Shown here: piece after piece, positions 13,871-27,541 of the stretch
Layout of the letters: the number at the start of each line of letters is the position of its first letter
Numbering within the stretch: position 1 is the stretch's first letter
Source of the DNA: Epiperipatus broadwayi
Taxonomy: Eukaryota > Animalia > Onychophora
DNA: 64,000 nucleotides
Assembly (NCBI GenBank): GCA_028023455.1
Contig: JAQFVV010000011.1
Location: forward strand, 2,790,001-2,854,000
Direction: 5' to 3'
Program-made: the position numbers and the translations under genes
Notes under the pieces: model-generated
What the model was told of the DNA's origin: nothing
What the model saw: only the letters and a program-made list of their open reading frames with translations
Databases searched by the model: none

Positions 13871-14185
13871 AGTTGCATTTACATATTTAACTATTTCCAT
13901 AATTTAATATGAGTATTGAATGTCATTAAAAAAAATTAGCTTTATTTAAATATTCCAAATAGATTTGACTGTTAGTAATAGCACTCAGGTTAGTACTAAC
14001 CCTGGCCAGGCCAGCAATGCCTGAAGAAGAGGGGAGAATAATACCTCCCAAAACACTTAGCATATACTAAGCTGTGTACTATTACTGACAGTTGAATGCA
14101 TTTGGAATATTTAAAAAGTTAATTTTTTCCAGACATTCAATGCTCATATTAGATAATGGAAATAGTCCAATATATAAATACAACT
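13871..14185. mobile_element. HHR family 3 copy: inverted ~125-bp arms enclosing a decayed hammerhead (14017-14063, +)
   Basis: Arms 13871-13998 and 14066-14185 are reverse complements. The centre reads atgc CTGAAGA aga gggag aataatac ctccc AAAA cact TA gcat (stem I atgc/gcat, stem II gggag/ctccc). It shares ggccagcaa, ggagaataata and atggaaatagtccaa with 41765-42064. Confidence 0.7.
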
Positions 14186-15917
14186 TCTTATTCTCTGTTT
14201 GCTTACTATTTAATTGAAAAGCCTCTTTTTATGTGATATGATCTAGGTGTGCAGAACTTAGAGGACATTTGAATAAGAAAATTCTTATACACATGATTTA
14301 AGGATTCTCTCTCATTCCCAGTTACATACTATATCAGTTTAAAGTGTTGGTTTTTCTATTTTCCTATAATTACAATTTGAGCCTTATCAAATCAAAACAT
14401 TTCACCTTTTCATACCATTACAATTTGGTTTTCCAATTTGTAGGAGTTGGAAAAGCATCTCACCCATCACATCATATATACCATTACAATTTTGGCATCA
14501 CAATTCATGGGACATATTGAATATAACCTTGATCACCCTGTACCATTATAATTTGCCACCCAAATCCATGGGGCATTTAAAGAAAATATTTTTATATTTT
14601 ATACATTCTAATAGTTATAAGTTAACATATCTAAATCTGTAAGGCATAACAGAACCACTCTCTCATCTCACTTTCATATTATTACAATATATATTTAATT
14701 TACAAATGCCATATTTCTTGCACTTACACACTTGTCATCATTCTCTTTAGATAAATACATTAATAATAATACTTATAAATCATTAATTTAACATATTTTT
14801 AACTAAAATACAAACTTTAAGTTTAATTAAAGCTAAATATAATTTATTTTTATTAAATACAGTCATGTCATTAATTCAATTGTATCCCCTTGTCTCTCCT
14901 ACCATGTGCAACATCTTAAATCTACTTACTAATCCACAACAGACTTTAAATACATTAATAAAGACATCTAAAATAGAAAATGACCTCCCTCTTCAATGTG
15001 CATTTTGGGTTAAATCAGCCCTATTCAATTGGTGCAGGCTACAATGAACAATTAAGACTTGACCTGACCGAAGGGTGCTGAGCATTTTGGAGGGGTCATC
15101 TACTTTTTCAGATGTCCTTACAAATATGTAGTGAGATGGTGATTGTAAATATATCTAACACACTTATAATTATGTATACACAGAGGTAAAACATAAAGAA
15201 AAATTTGCAATCATTTATTGTTTAAGACTGAAACTCAAAGGTATTTAAATAATAATAAGATTTAATAAAATTGGAATGATATTGGAAGATATGCAATATA
15301 ATATTCATGCTCTTTAATGTTTGACTATACGGGCTGGACTAATTGAGATAATATCCTTGAGATTTGATAGTCTCTAGAAATAGTCGTACACCGTAGAATG
15401 AATCTTCTCTCACAGAATGCTCATGTAGCTGCGATTCAGTTAAGCAGAAAAATTACTGAACAAAAATAATTCTATAATATGGCAGCCCAAATCAAAATAT
15501 TTCACCCACTATGTTTAATGAGAAAAAGTAGACTGGGTGATGGGCTTGTTTTAGTAATATCAAGAACTAAAGTTTTTTGCATGTCAATCATCAAATGTTT
15601 ATGGATGTTTTGCTTCTTTTTTAATATCATAGCATCTTTAACAAGGTAACTCATATTACTTTTAAAAAGATCCTGATGGATCATTAATAGTTAATGGAGT
15701 GTTTATACATATATTAGCAGTGATTTGTTTACAGTGCACATTTGTGTTTTTCAGCTACTGAATTTGTCATAATGGCTGTTGATATATATATATATGTAAC
15801 AAATAAAGATTTCAAGCGGGTTAAATATATAATAAAAATATATTTTGGGGGGGCCCCTTTTATTTAAAATATTTTTAATTTTATGTTGCTGCCTCGTCCC
15901 TCCCCCCACCCACCAAC

Positions 15918-15949
<32 letters not shown>

Positions 15950-18900
15950 TTATATATATATAATTAATAGTAACAAATAAAAAAATCAAGCAGAGAGCAC
16001 AGTTATCTGTTCCCTTTCCTTTATATTTCTTATCTATGCACCTTATAACACTTATTAATGCAATATTAATACGCCATAAGTTATTTTTAAAATGTATAGA
16101 TATCTTCTCCATTTATTTCATCTCTTTCTTGGTTTTTTCATTCTACAATACTACTGTTAATAACTTCATATTTATTTCTTGTCACTATCTATTGGATCTC
16201 TATATATATATAAACAATAGAAAAATTAAGAATTTATATTCATGTAAACAACCTAAGATAATTTTACCTGTTGCCAAAAAACCATCAATTAGTAATGTAA
16301 CAGTCAGAAAACATGTGACTCGACCACCATACAGAACAGCAGCACCATCGAGTAGCGAAGCCACCCGTGGTACTGAGTTCGAACATAGTTTATCGGTTCC
16401 ACAATACAATCCACGAAGCAACGCATCTGATGCGACATTAGTAAATATTTCCTTAGGCACGATGGTCAGGGATATGCAAGAGACTCATGATTTTATTCTC
16501 GAGTTAGCCAATAATCAAACTAATATTAATTAAACATTCATATTTACATAATCGAGGAAATATTATATAGAATGGGTATCGAATAAATGAAACGTAAATG
16601 CAGACATATAGTTTAAAATTATTTATTAACATATTTTAATAAAACAATGTAATAATATTTTATGGACTAACAGCTTCAGTAGCGGGATTTGCGACATGAT
16701 TATATTTTAAAGAATACATTTATTTATTTAGACATTATTTTATATTGAGGATTTCAGTAGCGGTATTTCCGATACTGAAATGTTTACAAAAAGAATACAT
16801 TTATTTGAAGGCGTAATCTAGCTACCTAAAATTCTCAAGTGAGTATTTCTAATGCATGCCTTCGGGAATTTATACCTTTGCAATGCAAGAGTCTAAAGTA
16901 AGATTTAAGAGTAGCGGCGGACATATATTTATTTAATTAAACTATTTATTTTATGACTAAGGGCAAACATTTATTTGAGAGTGAATTATGAAGATAATGC
17001 AGAGGCGAAGTGATATATAGAATAATAAGATTAAGTGAAGGAACACGTGGTACGCTTTAGAAAGGCGATATGGAATGGCAATATATTGAAACTGCAGTGC
17101 CGCGAATGAGTTTATAAAACTATCAGGCTGGTCTCTGCCGCGGCCCGATGAAGTAAGGTGTCACATAAGCATAACCAGGGACAAGCGGTACGTGTCGCAA
17201 TTTGCCAGCTGGCTGCATGACAGGTCAAATCCTATGGGAGCATTTATTATGTCCGCTTGTGTAGGACGACGGGGGTTAATTTCAACCCTGAAGAATCTGG
17301 AATATTTATGGCGGAATAGATCATCGCGTCTCTAAAACGTAACACATGTATACTTACAAACAATTATGATAAGATTTAAATGGATTTCTAATTCGGCCCG
17401 ACATTATCAACATTTACTAAAGAACATTGGTGACTCTCAAAGAAATGTAATTTTCTGGAATTATTCATGATGATTTAATATATACAAAACATATCTAAAC
17501 TGGGAATGATTACAACTAATATGCCAGCCATTTGCGAAGTTGTAGACCCCTGCATTACAATAAATGAAGCATTGAATGCGTGTCAATTTATATGAAAGTT
17601 AAGTTATTAAAGAAAGTAAATATTAATGAAAATTTGACACGCATTCATTGTTTTAAACGATCATAGATTTAAACTTATGAAAATAGAGACAATTGTGAGC
17701 ATGCAATAATTAAATAATAAATATAGATAAAATGTAGATTTTAGAAATACGCACCCCAGATAGAGTGAGGTAAGCTAGATTATTAGAGAAATTTACATAT
17801 TAAATTAATTATTCAATTTAGTTATACAAATGGTAGTTTTTACATTTTATAATTTAGATAATAGTATGAAGAAGAGCTATAGCATATTATTAGAGTACTC
17901 TAGAGTTTGAACACAGACAGGTACCTGTTTTATAAGAAGTTTTCTGATTCCATTAATTTAGCAGCAAAAAGTTCACGAGTGGCAAGTCTTTCTTGTATTT
18001 AGATATTCATTTAATTTCATGGCAGCAGCAGCTTTCTCATTCATTTCAGGCAGCAGATCTTCATGGTGAATTTATGACGGGCAATGGAAAGTTCAGCATC
18101 CGATAGGCCATCTCCCGATGGAGAATAATCTAGGTGCTTTACTCAGTCATACCTTGGAAGGAACAAATTATTTTATTATTTTTGGAGACTCTCAGTGATC
18201 GAGAGCAAAGCTAAAGTTTAAGTGAATGTCTCCAGCAAGTCTAAGATGGCCTCTTTTTTTTATCTTGATCTTTCACATTTTTGTTAAGGTATTTTTAGGT
18301 TCTACTTAATCTGCCCTGAGGATAATCAATGCATTTGTTGGTTTTTAATTAAAGAAAGCTGCCATTCTATTGTTTACATTTTACATTTACTAATTATATT
18401 TTGGGGAATTTTTCTTTAATTAATCTATTATCTATCACTGACCGATGCTTTTAAATTTCAAAAACAAAAAGGGAACATAAGATTATTTTAACTTTTAATT
18501 AAATATTACATCAGATATTTTTAGAATTATTATTAAATGAAATTTAAACAAAGCAATAAATACGAACTTTATAATCCAAAATAAATGATTAAAATTATAC
18601 AAAATTATATAACTAAAAGAAATCTAAATTATATTATTTTATCCCTATTTATTGCGTTTAATTTGAGATCGAAATGTGTGCGTGTTTATGCTGAATTCTA
18701 CATACATTTATACATTTTTAAGATTGCTACACACACAACTCGATACCAAAAGTTTAAATTTGGGCGGGATAGATCGGTCAGTGAGAGACGACAGAAAAAG
18801 GTGAAACTTAAGATTCGAATACGAATCTTACTGTTTCAGTAATTGATACTGCTAAGGCTAAATGAATTTCTTTATTAACTTAAAAATATTTGTTTTATCC

Positions 18901-18982
18901 TATATGAGATTAATTAGAAATAAAAGATATTTTCTTTTACTTCTAAACCATGTTGTTATAAGAAATTAAACTCAGACAGCAA

Positions 18983-19330
18983 TTTCCTGACAACATCAAA
19001 GATAAAGTTTCCTGGCAACATCAAAGATAAAGTTATCACTGGTTGTTTACACAGATATAATCTCTTAATTTCCATTGTTTACATCATAATAAATCCATGA
19101 AAAATATTTAAATTCTTATATCACTTTTGGTTAGAAGTAGGAGAGGATATCCTTCTATTTGAACTCAGGACAAAAGAGTTATTATAGGTCACTGGAAAAA
19201 AATTATTCACTGGGAGACTGTCAATTTGTAATTGATGGTTCTGTTGGCAACATCAAATGTAAAGTTATCTATGGTTGTTCACATAAATAAAATCTCTCAA
19301 TTTCCATTGATTACATCATGATAAATACAC
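18983..19330. repeat. Local direct duplications (22-bp tandem at ~18985-19028; ~85-bp block repeated at ~19015-19095 and ~19246-19328)
   Basis: caacatcaaagataaagtt is repeated, and the blocks tggttgtt.aca.a.ata.aatctct.aatttccattg.ttacatcat recur. Confidence 0.75.
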
Positions 19331-19548
19331 AAAAATATTTGATTCAACATATATATAATATACAGACGTGTGTGCAAAAAGTACTAAAACAGAGTTTAAA
19401 TATAAAATTTAGAAAGATTTATTGTACATTATACTTTCATCACTTTCACACCATATTCATTGTTAGCCTACTTTCTCACATCAGATTCATGGTTAGTCTG
19501 CAGACTAACCATGAATCTGGTGACAGTGATGAAATTATACTTGATATA

Positions 19549-19866
19549 ATAGATCGAAAATGCAATATATGGGTAAGAGAACAAACAGGTGTTACTGATC
19601 TCATTGAAAAAATTAAAAGGCTGAAATGGAGTTGGGCTGGATGTATTATTGGAAGAGATGATAATAGATGGGCAATTGAAATCTTAAACAGCTTTCCAAT
19701 AGATTGTAAAAGACACAGAAAGAGACCACATATAAGATGGATGGATGAAATAAAAAAGTGTGCAGGAGTGATGTGGAGAAGAGAAGCTAAATATCAGAGA
19801 GGGATTGAACTTGGAGATTCCTTCATCCTGCAGTGGATTTATAATGATTGATGATGATGATGATAA
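19549..19866 (+). mobile_element. RTE-clade LINE, 3' fragment (family B)
   Basis: Translation DRKCNIWVREQTGVTDLIEKIKRLKWSWAGCI...RPHIRWMDEI...FILQW, then a (TGA)n tail. Same family as 34395-34764 and 42588-43824. Confidence 0.9.
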
Positions 19867-20187
19867 TAATAAATCTTATTTTTACATTAATATTTAGAAT
19901 GGCAGAGTATCAAAATGTAATTATATATATGTTTGTGTGTGTATGTATTTAATACAAATTGCAACAGACATGTTTTTCATGAGATGTTTATATAAATGCA
20001 AATGTTACTTCTTTTACCAGAAAACTTGCAAGAATAAAGCAGTTAATTATTCTCACAATTCGTGATGAAATTCAAATTTAAATCAGATATAAATGTAACA
20101 TGAATCATTTGAATTCATAATTCAATCAGGTGAAGAGTTGTTTTTTTCTTATAAGTTTTTTAACAAAGAAAAAAATGTTTATATTTA

Positions 20188-20850
20188 TGAATAGAAGGAA
20201 CCCAAAAATAACCAGAATTTTGTAATAAAAAAATTATGTATTTATTTTTAGGTGTTACAAATTGAATCCCTTTCATAGTCAATTCATTTAATGCCATGCA
20301 CCAGTCTAAATGTGGTTTCCTTTTTGAATTAATCTGAAAACTGTTGCAAATTGATGCACAAAAAAATTGAGGCATTTTTTCATTTAAGAGAATAAAAAGA
20401 AGTTTCATGGAGTGAAATCAAGTGCATATGGCTGATGGATAAGCTGGGTCATGCTAGAATTTGTTTCACACTTAAGGCTTTGTGTGTTGACGCATTGTTA
20501 TGATAAGGCTTGCACTCACATTTAAGCCCAAATGGGACATTTTTGTTTTACCACATTATGCAAAATTTTCAGAACTTATGTCTTTTTATTACAAATAAAT
20601 TTTGAATGAAAAATGGCATTTGCATGCAAAAAATCATCATCAATTGGTCATTGGACTACATATGCCATACTTTTTGGAATGTGGTGAATTTGTCACTTTC
20701 CATAAACCACTTGTATGTACACTTGCATTTTTCTCAGAATTACTTGCCTTTAAGCTGTTTCAAGCATTACAACTGTTTTCTCTACCATTTTTTCAACAGA
20801 AAACAGAATTTCACATTATTCCAACTTACGAGCCATAAAAAAATTTGACA
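20188..20850 (-). mobile_element. Decayed mariner transposase remnant with one probable TIR
   Basis: Minus-strand translation gives MARKLE*...EKTVVMLETA*...KMQVY (HTH region, ~20830-20720) and HNNASTHKALSVKQILA..MTQLIHQPYALDF..NFFLF (HxNA and PYSPDL-like motifs, ~20500-20400). A TIR-like end gaaggaacccaaaaataaccagaattttgtaat follows a TA at 20186-87. Confidence 0.7.
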
Positions 20851-21706
20851 AATAAATGAAACACCTTTAATAACATTTACTATGTTTCAACAGGATTTCA
20901 CTTAATAACAGTGATCAGCAAACTGATACAGGGAAGCCCCCTTAAGAGGCATCTAGGGGCAGAAACCTATTCTATAATCACTTTACTCTCCAAAAAACCA
21001 TTCCCTCCTTGTACTATCATAGCTCACAGAAAACTAGTCAGTCTTCATTTCCTTACATATATACATATACTTTCTATGATTTCTTAATAGAAGTCAACTG
21101 CTTTGCTAATACAAAGCAGATAGGAAAAATAACATAGATGATAATGTGAAAATTTATTTAGCTTGGAGTACAACAAAGAAATACTAATAAAAGAAATTAA
21201 AAATTTTTACAAAAAAAGTGCAAAATATAAAACTATAAGACAACACTAAGAAAAATATAAAACCATAAGACAATACTAAATCATGGGATTGCATGCCTTA
21301 TATCCCAATACTAATGAATGAAATAAAATGATATGTGAGCCAAAATACAATGTGAGCTTCCAAATAACAAAAAACCTTAATAGACTGATAAATAACACAA
21401 AAGACAGATTACCAAAGAAAGAGTACCACAGATAGTATATGTGGTTCGGCAACAATGGTCTAGGTTGCATAGTGTATACTATGATAAATCAAGGATCAAC
21501 ATCTCAACCAGAATATTACAACATAAATATTTATATAAGCACATCAAAGATGACCCAAATATAAACCAGTGTTCTGGAATCATAAAAAGAGAACATAGTC
21601 ATAGTTTCACTACACAATCTGTCAACTTAGTATGCATAGAATGCAACAACCAAAAAAATTACAATAAAGAAGCTTGCTTTATAACCAACCACAAAAATAT
21701 GATAAA

Positions 21707-21818
21707 GCATTGTTAGCCAAGAGGTCAGCACAGCTGCCTTGCAAGAAAGTAGTTGGTTGCAGACGGTTGTGGGTTCGCCTCCCGGCCAATGCTATGACAT
21801 ATGGGGGGAAAAAAAAGA
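21707..21818 (+). mobile_element. tRNA-derived SINE (diverged copy)
   Basis: A-box-like TAGCCAAGAGG, B-box-like GGGTTCGCCTCCC and an A-rich tail; aligns with 27424-27541. Confidence 0.9.
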
Positions 21819-24800
21819 TAAATGAAAGAGAAAACAGCTTTCAGATATCATACAGATGGAATATTTAAATGAAGTGATTTACATAACATGAATAATTAAG
21901 ATGGATTATAAATAAAGCATCAATGCTGCTAACCTAGATAGCTATGAGTGTGGTGTGTATGACTGCAAATGCATTCATTAAAAAAAAAACCCGTTTCAAA
22001 GAGCATAAGCATATACTTGGGCAATATATATATATTACTACTCATAAATATTAAAGGATTTTGAAACATTTTCTTAATCAATAAGCAATGAGTTTAACTT
22101 GGATTTTAACTAAATTGAAGTACTTCTTATACAGGCTGAGCTTAATTCTAAGACAATGTCTTTTGGCTAATTTGTCACATAATAGCATGGGCACTCTTTT
22201 CACAACATTTTAAGCTAAGAAAAACAATTTATTTCATATCTTTTATTTATTAACAGTAGCCGAAAGCATGTTCAGCTATTATTAATAAATAAAGATACGA
22301 AATAAACCTTTTCCTTAGCTAACGTTAGACGCATTTTCAGCAACTAATTACAAACAAGATAATAAAAAGGATAACAACTTCAAATATTTTAAGTTATATA
22401 AATTAAGTCCATAGAAGCATTTCAAAAACAATATTATCATGGCTGTGTTCCTAATTCATCAATCTTGAAGATGTAATTTTAGGCGTTAAAAACCTTAGTA
22501 TAAAACAGCATTTCCAGCATTAAACAGTTTGTTCATTAAATTTAATTTTTGGGTAGGTGCACTGATAGGAAAGCAAAATCATTTTGCTTCTCCCATTTAT
22601 AGTTTTGTACGTTTGTTGAACAGAATTTTTTTCTTCTTAGAAATCACTTCTGCAGATTTTTCTCATCCAGGATGTTTAAATGGTGTAAGGGCTTTTTAAA
22701 TTTTTGCTTATTATTTTTACTAGTTAATTAATTAATGTAATATTTACATAGAAGGCTAGCTTTAAGATCTGTAAAAGATATCTAACATTTTCAATGTTAA
22801 TAAATTATATATATGTAAATAAATAAAATTATTAAACTAATACAGAGTACTAAACAAAAAATAAAGGATTCGAACATGACATTATCTGGAATAAAATTAT
22901 CTGCTTAATTCTCAAATTAGCCCCATACAGAAATGTTTTAATTGAATTTAATGTACTTTAAAACTAATTCATAGTCATTATCATAATTACAATGTAGATT
23001 AATTACCATCCAGTGATTCTATGCCTTTTCTTACAGAAACAAGATGTACCCAGCCTATGTGAAAAGCCTTCTTTATTTTTAATTGATTGCTTTAACAATT
23101 TTTTTTTAGATTTAATGTAAATTAAACCAAAAGATTTTAATGTTATAGAAATAAACATGAGAAATGTAATGGACTAGCTATATTTCAACAACTATTAATA
23201 ATAGAATTAGCATGAACTATACATATCAAGCTTAAAACAGGCAAAACTCTCTCTATATGTTGAAACAGTCGATCTTAGTTCAAGATCGAGTTTCACTGTT
23301 CTACCACAACCTACATTTCATCCTGCTTTCTTTTTTTGTCATATGTATATAAACTATACGTATATTTCTGAGAAGTATCTATTAAAGTTAAAAATATAAA
23401 TTTTAAATAAAAATTCTTTAATTATTTTGATATTAATATCACTAGATGTGACTCAGATATATACATATATTAACGGAACTTTTATATATATAAAAGCGCA
23501 AACAAATATTGTAAATAATTTTGTATTTTTTTTCTTTGATTATATCTTATTTATTTTGTAATTATTTTTCATTATAAAACTACATAAAAATTCAAGATGG
23601 AAGATGCAATCGCCGACTGTCCAAGAATAATTAAAGGGATGGGAATATTAGTTTGTTTTATGATTAAAAAGGAATTTTTAAATTAAAGTAAAATTTAAAT
23701 CAAAGCTAATTGATTTAATTATCTGTTAACATTTTTATCAAATATATTTCCAATCTGGAAATTGATTTGAATTTATTTTTGGACAGTTATCTTGCAATTG
23801 CATCTCCAATAACAAAAGAGAGAATACTTCTGTAAATTAAAGATTAATTAAGAGTTAAGAAGTTTAATTAAAAACATTCTTTGAATAACTCAGTTTGTAT
23901 AAATAGGGCTAAAAATCTATTGTGTCAGAGTTCGGTCAATAGTCGCTAGTCGATTCCATGGCTATTTAATTTTGAGAGGCCTAAGCCACCTTCCCCTCCG
24001 TCTTCAACTCCACTCTTCACTGCGCAGAGATGTAGCTTCTACTGCTCAGGTGTGCCTGTGCTGTCAAAGAACCACCGAGGCCAAGAGACATGTTAAATCA
24101 ATGAATGCCACCTGCCACAGAACTTCATCCCATAGTTATGAGGTAACACATCTAAAGCCATTACAATTGTCTTATATGAATCCTATCCTTTAAAATTAAT
24201 GTTTTCTGTATATTTAATCTCTTTTAACTCACTCATCGGCGAGTATGTTAAAACTAGTAATTATTTCCTTGATATCGATTCTCTATAACCTAATCTAATC
24301 TTATTATAAAACTTTCATCCAACTCGTGCTTCTTCTTATCCTTATAATTTAGTGTGGTTATGATTTAATTTTAATGATATTTTTCATTTAATTTTATTGG
24401 TAAATGCTAATCAAACCCAGTCTTATGAACTTCTTCTATATCCCACTGTGGAATAGAAGGGGGGGGGGATTAATGAGTTACTGTTAGTTATTTCTAAATA
24501 GCTTGTAAGATTGGGTTTATATTTTAAATAAATATATGCTTTTTAAAAAAATATTTGATCATAAATTTATAGAAAATGTATAAATACTTTTCAATCTGGG
24601 GTGGATATTGGTCTTCATTAATTTTGTTAATTTTTTTATTAATCATCATCGCCAAAAGGCTGCCGACTTAAATCTATTTTGTTATTCGCACTTTTAAGTG
24701 TGCGAATTTTAGTTTTTTTTTATATGTTAAACAAAATAGTGATTCAAGAAGGGGGAGCAATGCACATTTCATTAATTATAGTGTTAACTTTTGATAAATG

Positions 24801-26518
24801 ACTATCTCACACGGGTCATTATTTTAACATATCATTACATATTTGTTAAACCATTTAAGGCTTTATGTTAATATTTAAACTGAATGATTTCATATTATTA
24901 TAAAAGCGTTGTTAGCATAGGCCACTCTTCATATTATTAAGCTTTATCTAGAGATGTATGTCAGAACACTCGAGTCATCTCATCTTCATTTCAGGTTGTA
25001 AACAGGGTGATGAATGTCCCTGGACCATATATATATACTCGCGTAACGAGAGCAATGCATGGGATAATTCCGACAAAGTTCGGGCCATTGCAACTCTGTC
25101 CAAGGACCTTTTGTCAACCGATTCCACAAAATGTGGGGTGGCAAGTCGGCTAGACTGTTTTCTTCTGTAATATGATAAAGCACCTCAAAGAAAAATGGAT
25201 CCGCAAATATTCGGCTATTATGCTAGCACTGCAATTTCTTATAGTTAGTTTTCTAGCCTGTTTAACAAAATAAACCATAATGATGTGTAATAATGAAACA
25301 TTTTTCTCTTTGTAATATTTTTAGCTGGAGTTTAAAACAGACATCATGTAATGTTTATTGGCATATCAAGCTTCATGACTTTGATTATACATTAACCAAA
25401 ATTAAATGCAAATAGAGTACTATAGCATCCATACTGATTTTTTTCTGAGCGTTTTTTATTAATGGCGGAATTACGTCCAGAGAATCAAATTAAAAAAAAT
25501 CATTAAAGCAACCAATTAAATAGAGTTATGGATAAACATTCATTCAGACAACAGAGGGATTTTATATAAGAGATAGTAATCACGAATAAAAATAATAATG
25601 CAATGGTTGTTTAGGAAATCTTGTGATTTTTAAGAACAGATAAGATAAATTTGAATGTCAATCCAGCAATTTTTATATCTTGAATTTTACATTGGCCACT
25701 GCATTAAACTGAAAAGAGCAGCAACAATAAGCAATAATAATTACAACATTAATAATTCATTTATATATGAATTAATTTACAATATTTAAAGAATAAAATA
25801 ACTCCAAACAAAAATAAACTGGTGGTAAGAGTTACTCATTATGGCTTGCAAATTCCAAAATTAATTACAAAAATACTGTTTATATTAATCAAATGCAAAA
25901 CATAGTATCAAGGATAACAAATAAAAACAACAAAACAATAACAAATAATATATGCAATACAATAACCAATGTTGTAAACATTTTTTAAATATAGAAAATG
26001 ACCTCCAGATGGCGCTTGAGTAAAGAGACGCTCTTGTTTTATCTCATACTGTGTACTAAAGGAATCAGGTGATATGTTAATATTCATAGAAATATTATCA
26101 TAACTGCTAATTTTTGGAAAACAAATTATCTAATTCCATTGTGTTTGAAATTATTTATTTTTAAGGAATTCATTTTTGATTTATTTTTCATAAATTATCA
26201 ATTGTGATAAAATCTTAAAGAATCCTAATTTAATCACTAGATAAATCGAAAACATAGTAATGCTTCAAACTGTATAGTTATAGCTTAATTAAAAAGCAAT
26301 ATCTATCCAAACTCTATTTAAATAATCTGATCCAGCTTGATTAAATATTTATTAATAACTTTTTTTTAATGTTTATAGTTCTAACTCTAAAATTTGGTTT
26401 TCACTTCTTTTTACAAATATTATATTTATGTAGAAACTTTTTTGACCAAGCCTATAAATAAATAGTTATTCATATTGAATTTATGATGGAAAACAATTGT
26501 TAAAGGGACATTGTATGT

Positions 26519-26663
26519 AAAACCACTAAACATCACATGATCACCATTCTTTATGCATACATGGGCTGTTAACAGAGGCAAAACTCTCCATATAGTAGCA
26601 CCACTCAGTACAAGCCAGAGTGATCAATGGATGCTGCTGTATGGAGAGTTTTTCCTCTGTGTA
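26519..26663. mobile_element. HHR family 1: short hairpin derivative without the ribozyme, 12-bp TSD
   Basis: TSD GACATTGTATGT at 26507-26518 and 26664-26675. Carries the family end motif aaaaccactaaacatcacatgatcaccattc and inverted acagaggcaaaactctccata / tatggagagtttttcctctgt. Confidence 0.85.
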
Positions 26664-27423
26664 GACATTGTATGTTATCAACTTTTATTCAAAATCTATA
26701 TTGATATAGCAGTGAAATAATGGACAAAGAAATATAAAAAAATGGACATAAAATTTACATAATGATATATTTATTCAATTTATTATTTGCATGTCACCAG
26801 GAGATTAAAGCACAAGTTATAGAGAATAATAAATATGTTATGAGAAAGATTATGAAAGAATACACCAAGTGAAGATTAAATATCAATTTGCAAAGTCTAA
26901 GTATTTGGTGACTGAAAAAAAATGATGTATTGAACATTGATGGGAAAAAATTATTAATACTTGAAATCAATTCAAATATTGGAAAAAAGATATCAGTAGA
27001 ACATTTGGTAAAACAAGATGGGCAATAGGAATGCTCAACCCAGTATTATGGAATAGTAATATATTGATGAAAATTAAATTGTTTATATATAGAACCGTAG
27101 TATTTAGGATATACTGTATGATTAAAAACATGTAGAATGACAATAAGATATGAATAAAGATTATTGATGACAGAAATGGGTTAATGGATATCAGCAGGAA
27201 GATGATAATTAGAAATGAGAACAAATCAAAATCAAACAAGTTGTGGAAATAAAAAAATATAAGTCATTGACAAAAGGAATTGATGCTGAATGGCCATGTT
27301 AGAAGAATGAATAAGAACAGAACAGATGATGATGATTTATTGTGATGCAGAGAGAAGGAAAAATAGAATAAAACCAAGAATATAATAAAAAGATCTGATA
27401 AACATTGTAGAAAGAATGATCTC

Positions 27424-27541
27424 GTCTTGCGTTGTTAGCCGAGAGGTATCGCAGCCGCCATGCAAGCAAGTAGTTGGTTGCAGACGGTTATGGATTCGCG
27501 TCCCGGCCGATGCTATGACACATGGAAAAAAAAAAAAAGAA
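27424..27541 (+). mobile_element. tRNA-derived SINE, young copy with 15-bp TSD
   Basis: TSD AGAAAGAATGATCTC at 27409-27423 and 27542-27556. A-box TAGCCGAGAGG, B-box GATTCGCGTCCC, poly(A) tail, CpGs retained. Confidence 0.95.
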
